A stretch of DNA of 41,190 nucleotides, from contig CANOUR010000012.1 of assembly GCA_947570265.1 (NCBI GenBank), positions 1 through 41,190 of the forward strand, given 5' to 3'. Made by a program: the position numbers and the translations under genes. Shown here in pieces: positions 35,690 to 41,190 of this stretch. The notes below the pieces were generated by a model. The model saw only the letters and a program-made list of their open reading frames with translations, did no database searches and was not told the DNA's origin. Position 1 is the stretch's first letter. Each line of letters begins with the position of its first letter. This DNA comes from an uncultured Bacteroidales bacterium (GTDB lineage Bacteria > Bacteroidota > Bacteroidia > Bacteroidales > Muribaculaceae).

Positions 35690-36028
35690 ATGTCAGAGAA
35701 AGAAAATTCATTTAAAAAGCTTTGGGACGAGATACATCGCTATCTTGAGCTCAATATCGAATATGCCAAGCTTACCGGCGCCGAGAAAATCACTGTTTTG
35801 GCAGCGGCAATGGCGACGTCGGTCATTGTCGGAGTCCTTGCCATTCTGATTTTCTTCTTCATCTCCATAGCTTGCGTCCATTGGCTCGGCATGGTCATCA
35901 GCATGGCTCTGGCCTATACGATCATGGCTGCGGTCTATGTTGTGCTTCTTGTTGTGGCGTGGCTGTTCCGCCGCCAACTCATAGTTGATCCGATAGCCAA
36001 GTTCATCTCAAAGCTGTTTCTACGCTAA
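35690..36028 (+). CDS. Holin-X / YqjE-like (phage holin family 3_6-like) two-TM membrane protein
   Basis: NIEYAKLTGAEKITVLAAAMATSVIVGVLAILIFFF...MALAYTIMAAVYVVLLVVAWLF. It follows the two YtxH genes, as in yqjD/yqjE-type modules. Confidence 0.5.
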   Translation: MSEKENSFKKLWDEIHRYLELNIEYAKLTGAEKITVLAAAMATSVIVGVLAILIFFFISIACVHWLGMVISMALAYTIMAAVYVVLLVVAWLFRRQLIVDPIAKFISKLFLR

Positions 36029-36035
36029 CCACCGT

Positions 36036-36344
36036 ATGCTCCCATCACATATGACATCAAAACATGACCTTGCCAAAGGACTTCCGCACAAGCAGGACGA
36101 TTGGAACGGCTACACTCTCGATGATCTTAAATACCGCCGCGCTTATGTGGCGGCCCGCAAGGAACTTGAGAAGGAGCGTATGTATCACAATCTGCATAAC
36201 GTGCGCAAGGGTGCTGTCTCAACCGCAGCCGGAACTGCGCGGCGTGTAGCTTCGGCTGTGCCGTTTCTCGACACCGCCATGGTGGCGTGGACAGTGGGCT
36301 CGAAGGTGATACGTTTTCTCGGAAAATTCCGCAAAAAGAAATAA
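36036..36344 (+). CDS. Hypothetical protein (possible YqjK-like fourth member of the module)
   Basis: 102-aa ORF 7 nt after the holin-like gene; DDLKYRRAYVAARKELEKER... C-terminal amphipathic/hydrophobic segment. Confidence 0.4.
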   Translation: MLPSHMTSKHDLAKGLPHKQDDWNGYTLDDLKYRRAYVAARKELEKERMYHNLHNVRKGAVSTAAGTARRVASAVPFLDTAMVAWTVGSKVIRFLGKFRKKK

Positions 36345-36378
36345 ATTCGTATCTTCGCAGTCACAAACCGCACTGCCT

Positions 36379-37230
36379 ATGAACGATTACACTGAGGCGC
36401 GCATCGATTTCACGCCTTGCACCGAAATCATGACCGACGTCATGGCCGCAATGTTGGCTGACGCCGGTTATGAAAGTTTTGTGCCCGATGATTCGGGACT
36501 TACGGCTTATATCCGATGTGAGCTTTTTGATGCCGGAGTGCTTGAGCAGATTGTGGGTAGCTTTCCGATCGATACAAAAATCGACGTTGCGACGACTGAT
36601 ATCGAGGGCAGGGATTGGAATGCCGAGTGGGAGAAAAACTATTTCCAGCCGATAGTGGCGGGGAATGGGCGCTGTGTCATCCACAGTTCGTTTCACACCG
36701 GATATCCCGAGGCGCAGTATGATATAACGATTGATCCGAAGATGGCATTCGGCACGGGGCATCATGCCACTACGTCGCTGATAATCGACCGGCTGCTTGA
36801 TATGGATCTTAACGGTCGCCGCATGGTTGATATGGGAACAGGCACGGCTATTCTCGCCATACTCGCGGCGATGCGTGGGGCAGAGGTGACAGGGGTTGAG
36901 ATCGATCCGTTTGCACATGCCAATGCGATTGATAACGCCGCTCTCAACGGTCATCCAGAGATCAAGTTGTTGCCCGGTGATGCATCGGTGCTGACGGATA
37001 TAAAGGATGTCGATCTGTTTGTGGCCAATATCAACCGCAATGTCATTACGGCTGATCTGCCTTATTATGCGGCAACATTGGCCGATGACGCGCAGGTGAT
37101 CTTCAGCGGCTTTTATGTCGAAGATGTGCCTGTGGTGGTTGCTGCTGCCGAGAAATGCGGGCTTGTGGCTGTGAATCATACCGAGCGTGACCGATGGGCC
37201 TCGCTCCTTCTGAAAAAGCGACCGGCATGA
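36379..37230 (+). CDS. prmA: Ribosomal protein L11 methyltransferase
   Basis: IDPKMAFGTGHHATTSLIIDRL...VDMGTGTAILAILAAMRGA; 283 aa. Confidence 0.9.
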   Translation: MNDYTEARIDFTPCTEIMTDVMAAMLADAGYESFVPDDSGLTAYIRCELFDAGVLEQIVGSFPIDTKIDVATTDIEGRDWNAEWEKNYFQPIVAGNGRCVIHSSFHTGYPEAQYDITIDPKMAFGTGHHATTSLIIDRLLDMDLNGRRMVDMGTGTAILAILAAMRGAEVTGVEIDPFAHANAIDNAALNGHPEIKLLPGDASVLTDIKDVDLFVANINRNVITADLPYYAATLADDAQVIFSGFYVEDVPVVVAAAEKCGLVAVNHTERDRWASLLLKKRPA

Positions 37231-37760
37231 GCATTGTACGGCGCATAACATCAGTTGTGACCGGCATACTGGCATTGTCGCTGCCTGTGTCGGTGTCGGC
37301 GTCGGATCATTTCGCATGGGGAGCTGATATAGGAACTTCCATCGATGTGAGCGGACATGATATGTCCACACTGAATCTCGATGCTTTTTTCGGATATAAG
37401 AACAGTGTGATCGATATACTCGGTGCGGGAGCTGGCATCAATATGATGGTGGGTAACAGTTGCAGGGCGTTTCCGCTTTATGCGATAGTGCGCACGAGTT
37501 TCCGTTCTGCTCCGTCGTTGTGTTTTATGGATCTACGTGGCGGGTGTGTGATCGACAATCTGTCGGACGGCACTACGCAGACCGGGTTCTATATGTCGCC
37601 GGCGGTGGGATTCAATCTTGCCGTCAGCAAGAAGTTCAAGAGCTATATCACGGTCGGATATACCTACAATGGCATGAAATCGTATGGCGGTGAGTATGGT
37701 GTGAACGAGATACGCCACGGTGTGCATATGGTCACAGCGCGATTTGGCGTGACGTTCTGA
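37227..37760 (+). CDS. Small outer-membrane beta-barrel-like protein (signal peptide, C-terminal Phe)
   Basis: MSIVRRITSVVTGILALSLPVSVSASD; alternating amphipathic strands; ends ...TARFGVTF. The ATG overlaps the prmA stop (ATGA). Confidence 0.5.
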   Translation: MSIVRRITSVVTGILALSLPVSVSASDHFAWGADIGTSIDVSGHDMSTLNLDAFFGYKNSVIDILGAGAGINMMVGNSCRAFPLYAIVRTSFRSAPSLCFMDLRGGCVIDNLSDGTTQTGFYMSPAVGFNLAVSKKFKSYITVGYTYNGMKSYGGEYGVNEIRHGVHMVTARFGVTF

Positions 37761-38489
37761 TCATCCCCGGGCTGTGGCGGCAAGAGTGACGAAGCTTGTC
37801 GTTACGTTGTGTACGGAGTGGTGTATTGCCGTGAGGCATGCGAGCATGGTGGCGCCTGTGGTGATGACGTCGTCAACCAGCATGACGTGCAGCCCTTCGA
37901 GCTCTATGGGGCGGGCTACGGTGTATACGTCGCGGGTGTTGATCCAGCGTTGCCAGGAATTTTTGCGGGTTTGGGTCGCGTGCTTTTTAGCGGCTATCAG
38001 GTTGTCGCCAACGGCTATGCCTGTCACGCTGCCGATGCCTTCGGCTATGAGGCGAGCCTGATTGTAGCCTCGTTCGCGTAGCTTTTGCCGGTGCATGGCA
38101 ACCGGTAGCAACAGGTCGACTCCGTCGAAGAAACCGCTGCCGGCTATCTCACGGGCGTAGATGGCGCCGCATTGGTGTGCGAGATTTGCCATGCCGTGAT
38201 ATTTAGCGTCGTGAATGATCCGGGCGTATTCGTTGTGGCGGGCGTAATTGAACCATGCGGCAGCCCGGTCAACGGCTACACCGGGAGCGGCCACGCGCTC
38301 ATGCAGGGTGTTGTTTGTCAATGTGTGTGTCATTGTGCGCGGTAGTTCGGTCAGGCATCTTAGGCACATGACTTGCTCGCCTTCGACAAGTGAGTCGTGG
38401 CACACTGCGCATACATGGGGGTAGATCATGCGCAGAATTGAGTCGCACAATTGCCGCAGCGGGGCAATCAATCTTCCGGTAGTTCCCAC
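37761..38489 (-). CDS. comF: ComF family protein (phosphoribosyltransferase domain; competence protein F-like)
   Basis: N-terminal double CxxC (YPHVCAVCHD...CLRCL). C-terminal PRTase motif HVMLVDDVITTGATM. Confidence 0.8.
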   Translation of the reverse strand: MGTTGRLIAPLRQLCDSILRMIYPHVCAVCHDSLVEGEQVMCLRCLTELPRTMTHTLTNNTLHERVAAPGVAVDRAAAWFNYARHNEYARIIHDAKYHGMANLAHQCGAIYAREIAGSGFFDGVDLLLPVAMHRQKLRERGYNQARLIAEGIGSVTGIAVGDNLIAAKKHATQTRKNSWQRWINTRDVYTVARPIELEGLHVMLVDDVITTGATMLACLTAIHHSVHNVTTSFVTLAATARG

Positions 38490-38959
38490 AGCCGCGGCGA
38501 GTTGATGATCTTCACGAGCAGATTGATCTCGAATCCCCGCGATGCTCCGAACCTGAGCAGCTTCATGCGGTTTTCTTTTGTCCGTTCCATGCCTGTGGCG
38601 CGGGATTTAATGACGGCGAATGCCTTGCGTTTGTATTGAACGGGGTCGATGGCCTCGTCGATGGCTTCGTCGATTGTGGTGCGGTCGATGCCTTTTGCCC
38701 ATAGTCCCTGGGATATTTTCCATTTTCCCCAGCCGTTGAACATCAGTTTGTCGTGGGCGAAGGCGCGGGCGTAGCGGGCGTCGTCGACAAATTTAGAGTC
38801 GACAAGCTGCGCGATCACACACTCGGCATCGTCAGGAGTAAGTCCCCAACGTGACATTTTCCTGCGCAGGTCGGATCGGCACTGTTCTGATCCGGCGCAA
38901 AGCGCCTGCAATCTCGACAGTGCCACCTCGCGGCTCATGGGTTTGCGCATCGTTCTCAT
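38468..38959 (-). CDS. recX: Recombination regulator RecX
   Basis: MRTMRKPMSREVALSRLQALCAGSEQCRSDLRRKMSRWGLTPDDAECVIAQLVDSKFVDDARYARAFAHDKL. The ATG at 38959 forms an ATGA overlap with the prmC stop. The longer Arg-rich ORF extension to 39133 is rejected. Confidence 0.75.
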   Translation of the reverse strand: MRTMRKPMSREVALSRLQALCAGSEQCRSDLRRKMSRWGLTPDDAECVIAQLVDSKFVDDARYARAFAHDKLMFNGWGKWKISQGLWAKGIDRTTIDEAIDEAIDPVQYKRKAFAVIKSRATGMERTKENRMKLLRFGASRGFEINLLVKIINSPRLWELPED

Positions 38960-39840
38960 CGTGGAGGCCGGGTGGCTGACAGGAAACGTTTCTTGCGTGA
39001 GGAGTCGAGAGTCAGAGTGACGTTGTCCCATCCGTCTTTTCTCATGTGGGCGGCGAGGGCGTCGTCCGTCAGAGGGTTGAGCTCGAAGTAGATGCGTCCG
39101 CCGGGATTGAGGGCTGTGGATGCGTAGGCGCACAGGGCGGTGTAGAATCGCAAAGGGTCGTCGTCGGGGACGAACAGGGCTGAAGAGGGTTCGTGGTCAA
39201 GCACATTCGTGTGCATTTCAGCCCGTTCGCTGTCGAGCACGTAGGGGGGATTGCTGACGATGATGTCGTAGACGGGATTGTTTTCGGCTGTGAGATGAAG
39301 TATGTCGGCCTGTTGCCATTGGGCGTCAACTTTGAGCCGTGAGGCGTTGGCGCGTGCTACGTCGAGAGCCTCGTGGCTGATGTCGATGCCCGTGACTTTT
39401 GAAAATGGCAGATAGCGTGCAAGAGCCAGTGCGATGCAACCGCTGCCTGTCCCGGCGTCGAGGATGCGCAAATCCTTGCGGTCGCGGTTGTCATCAATGA
39501 TCAGTTCGACGAGTTCTTCTGTCTCGGGACGAGGGATGAGGACGTTGCTGTTGACGTCGATGCGCATTCCCATGAAAGTTTCATAACCGAGGATGTATTG
39601 CAGGGGTACTCCTTTCAGAAGCCGGTCGACAATGCTGTTGATCAGTTCCACTCTCACCGGTGCGGCATCTTTGTCGCCGTCGATGAGCAGGTCGGTACGC
39701 GAGCGTGCAAACACGTGTTCCATCATGGCCCGTACCATCCAGTCGGCTTCGTTGTGTCCGTAGACAGGCTGCAGGCGGTTGCGTGCGTTGCGTGCGGTTT
39801 CAGAAATAGTCATATGCAAAATTAAGGATTTTTTTAACAT
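38956..39840 (-). CDS. prmC: Release factor glutamine N5-methyltransferase PrmC (HemK)
   Basis: ILDAGTGSGCIALALA (SAM motif I) and the NPPY motif (IIVSNPPYV). An alternative start ATG lies at 39813. Confidence 0.85.
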   Translation of the reverse strand: MLKKSLILHMTISETARNARNRLQPVYGHNEADWMVRAMMEHVFARSRTDLLIDGDKDAAPVRVELINSIVDRLLKGVPLQYILGYETFMGMRIDVNSNVLIPRPETEELVELIIDDNRDRKDLRILDAGTGSGCIALALARYLPFSKVTGIDISHEALDVARANASRLKVDAQWQQADILHLTAENNPVYDIIVSNPPYVLDSERAEMHTNVLDHEPSSALFVPDDDPLRFYTALCAYASTALNPGGRIYFELNPLTDDALAAHMRKDGWDNVTLTLDSSRKKRFLSATRPPR

Positions 39841-39861
39841 ATAGGTGTTTGCGGTTGTTAG

Positions 39862-40060
39862 ATAAGTGAGAGTTCAATTTAAATTAAAAAAGATTTTCAT
39901 TAGTAATTGCCATCATTTTGGTTCATCTTCGGATTTCTTTCGGTCTCTTTCCCTCTCATCGTCAGTCACGTAGCTCGCTACGTTCCCTCCTCTTCGAGGA
40001 AAATAGTCTCGAAATAAATCTCGAATCTAAACCAAAATTTAAAATGAACACTCACTTAAG
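39862..40060. repeat. MITE-like element: about 200 bp bounded by 23-bp imperfect terminal inverted repeats
   Basis: Left TAAGTGAGAGTTCAATTTAAATT (39863-39885) against the reverse complement of the right end TAAGTGAGTGTTCATTTTAAATT (40036-40058), 21/23 match. Internal perfect hairpin acgtagcTCgctacgt and a direct repeat tctcgaa...tctcgaa. Confidence 0.5.
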
Positions 40061-40090
40061 TAGAAGATTTAAATGACAGTCTGGTTGTTT

Positions 40091-40753
40091 ATGAAACGTT
40101 TGCTATTTATTTTGAGTTTTATTGTCGCTGTGATAGTGCCTGTCCGCTCTGCTGAATTCAGGTGGATCGGGTCGCGCTGGTGGGGTATCAGTGTCAGCTA
40201 CAGTCAGAAATGGTATAGCTACTCGTCGGGCGGCGAGCGCCATTGGGTGAATTTCTGGGGCGAGGGGGGCAATATGCAGGGAGTGCAGTTCGGCATACCT
40301 GTGCAGCCTGTGTTCCGGTATGGGCTCGGGTTGAGTTCAGGCGTGTTCTGCGAGATCTATTCATGCCGCAACAAGGCGGAGACGTCGCGCATTGAGGATG
40401 TGGCGCTGTATTTTCCTCTGCATGCCATGTGGCGTCATGATCTGAACAGCAAAGTGAGTTTGCATGTCACTACGGGCCCTGGGCTGACAGTGGGCATGGT
40501 GCAAAGAGTGATAGATCCGACAGACTCGCAGGCTCATCAGTATTATATGAAATATAATGACGGATCGCCGCGGAGGGTAAATTTCTATTGGGAGGCCGGG
40601 GCAGGGGTCACGGTGGGAATATTCCGCTTTAACGCCGTTTACAGCATCGGGCTGACGCCGTCGCGCCGATATCTGTCGACCATGGGTGCGATGACGCATT
40701 TTTATGCCGCGACACCAACGCGTCTTACGTTTTCGGCGGCTCTGGTGTTCTGA
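40091..40753 (+). CDS. Hypothetical outer-membrane beta-barrel protein
   Basis: Signal peptide MKRLLFILSFIVAVIVPVRSA. Trp/Tyr/Gly-rich alternating strands. C-terminal ...SAALVF. Confidence 0.5.
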   Translation: MKRLLFILSFIVAVIVPVRSAEFRWIGSRWWGISVSYSQKWYSYSSGGERHWVNFWGEGGNMQGVQFGIPVQPVFRYGLGLSSGVFCEIYSCRNKAETSRIEDVALYFPLHAMWRHDLNSKVSLHVTTGPGLTVGMVQRVIDPTDSQAHQYYMKYNDGSPRRVNFYWEAGAGVTVGIFRFNAVYSIGLTPSRRYLSTMGAMTHFYAATPTRLTFSAALVF

Positions 40754-40893
40754 CCAGGCTTTCAAATCAAAATTGCCGGATTTTCAAATCAAATTTTGTG
40801 TTGTAAAACATAGTTTTTGGCAAAATGACGCAAAAAAACGCTCTGCAAGCCCATTTTTTTGAAAAAATGGGTCGGAAAATGCTTGTTATTTCC

Positions 40894-40901
40894 GAATTAT
40901 T
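40894..40901 (+). promoter_or_regulatory. Candidate -7 box TAATTTTG (TAnnTTTG) with cTTG about 18 nt upstream
   Basis: Lies in a 437-bp ORF-free region. It would start a plus-strand transcript near 40908. Confidence 0.35.
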
Positions 40902-40907
40902 TGTAAT

Positions 40908-41150
40908 TTTGTCGCGTTGAAACGCCAAGCGAGGCATTCGACAAAAGATAAAATAGCGAAAAGATATCAAGGACTTTTTCATTGATACAATTTAGACATT
41001 TAAATAAATCCACTGACGTTAAGTACTATGTGTAAGCAGCGACGCGTGTCCGTGAGGCCACGCGTCGATTGTTTTCGGTGCTTCCGAAACGAAACCGAGC
41101 GACTGCGGTGCATGACACCGTGGTCGAATTTTTTGATGATAAGAATGTCA
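40908..41150 (+). ncRNA. Candidate small RNA (about 240 nt) bounded by promoter box and intrinsic terminator
   Basis: Putative TSS about 7 nt after the -7 box. Strong 9-bp GC hairpin cgacgcgtg/cacgcgtcg (41040-41067) followed by attgttttc. A second hairpin cgacTGcggtg-catga-caccgTGgtcg (41100-41126) is followed by aatttttt (41127-41134). No ORF of 60 aa or longer on the plus strand. Confidence 0.3.
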
Positions 41151-41190
41151 ATGTGCTCTCGCTGCCGTTTTCGCTTTAGGCGGCGGGGGC

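Noticed and set aside
36361-37371. 336-aa minus-strand ORF; likewise 31533..32207, 29269..29865, 26492..27025, 18339..18935, 1890..2312
   Set aside because: Antisense shadow ORFs over prmA, manA, GH92, MFS, the aspartic protease and SPFH genes respectively.
40767-40982. 71-aa minus-strand ORF in the terminal noncoding region
   Set aside because: Low-complexity, AT-rich, no RBS/promoter context. The region is better explained as the sRNA/promoter region.
1-41190. CRISPR arrays, rRNA, IS transposases
   Set aside because: No regularly spaced direct repeats, no rRNA-like conserved stretches, no transposase-like ORFs. The only mobile-element protein is the edge integrase.

Overview
This 41.2-kb window looks like Bacteroidales chromosome (Bacteroides/Muribaculaceae-like). 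Supporting this call: a type-III glutamine synthetase; LL-DAP aminotransferase DapL; GH92/GH130 N-glycan genes; several TAnnTTTG -7 promoter boxes; and dense, translationally coupled genes at roughly 50-56% GC (judged by eye). The left ~4.8 kb differs. A tyrosine integrase, truncated by the window edge on the minus strand, is followed by a visibly AT-richer, tightly packed four-gene plus-strand cassette of unusual membrane-associated proteins: an SPFH/Band-7 protein carrying a GYF_2/DUF4339-like C-terminus; a small 4-TM protein; a zinc-ribbon/TPR-like protein with a conserved Cys-containing C-terminal motif; and a single-TM protein with a tandemly duplicated acidic linker. The cassette ends in hairpins just before the core genes. 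I read this as a small integrative island carrying an uncharacterised, probably envelope-associated module. It is the best candidate here for a novel system, although its function (defence, stress, membrane microdomain) cannot be established from sequence alone. The rest of the window is core metabolism and housekeeping. It holds a nitrogen-assimilation/lysine operon on the minus strand (dapF-dapL-glnN-gltB-purF-like) and an orphan TPR-sensor histidine kinase. Next come a secreted retropepsin-like protease with a coupled membrane protein, then divergent tdh/kbl (threonine catabolism) and YqgE/AlgH. A SusCD-less high-mannose N-glycan cluster follows (ROK kinase, GH92, AmpG-like MFS, GH130, GH92, PMI). 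After it lie a nucleoside phosphorylase, a dprA-thioesterase operon, a YtxH/YtxH/holin-X stress module, prmA, comF-recX-prmC, and two small OM beta-barrel proteins. The noncoding features are two clear intrinsic terminators, a 23-bp-TIR MITE-like element, and a 640-bp intergenic region with strong hairpins and a 14-bp inverted-repeat pair. At the right edge a candidate ~240-nt sRNA is bounded by a promoter box and a terminator. I found no tRNA, rRNA or CRISPR array.
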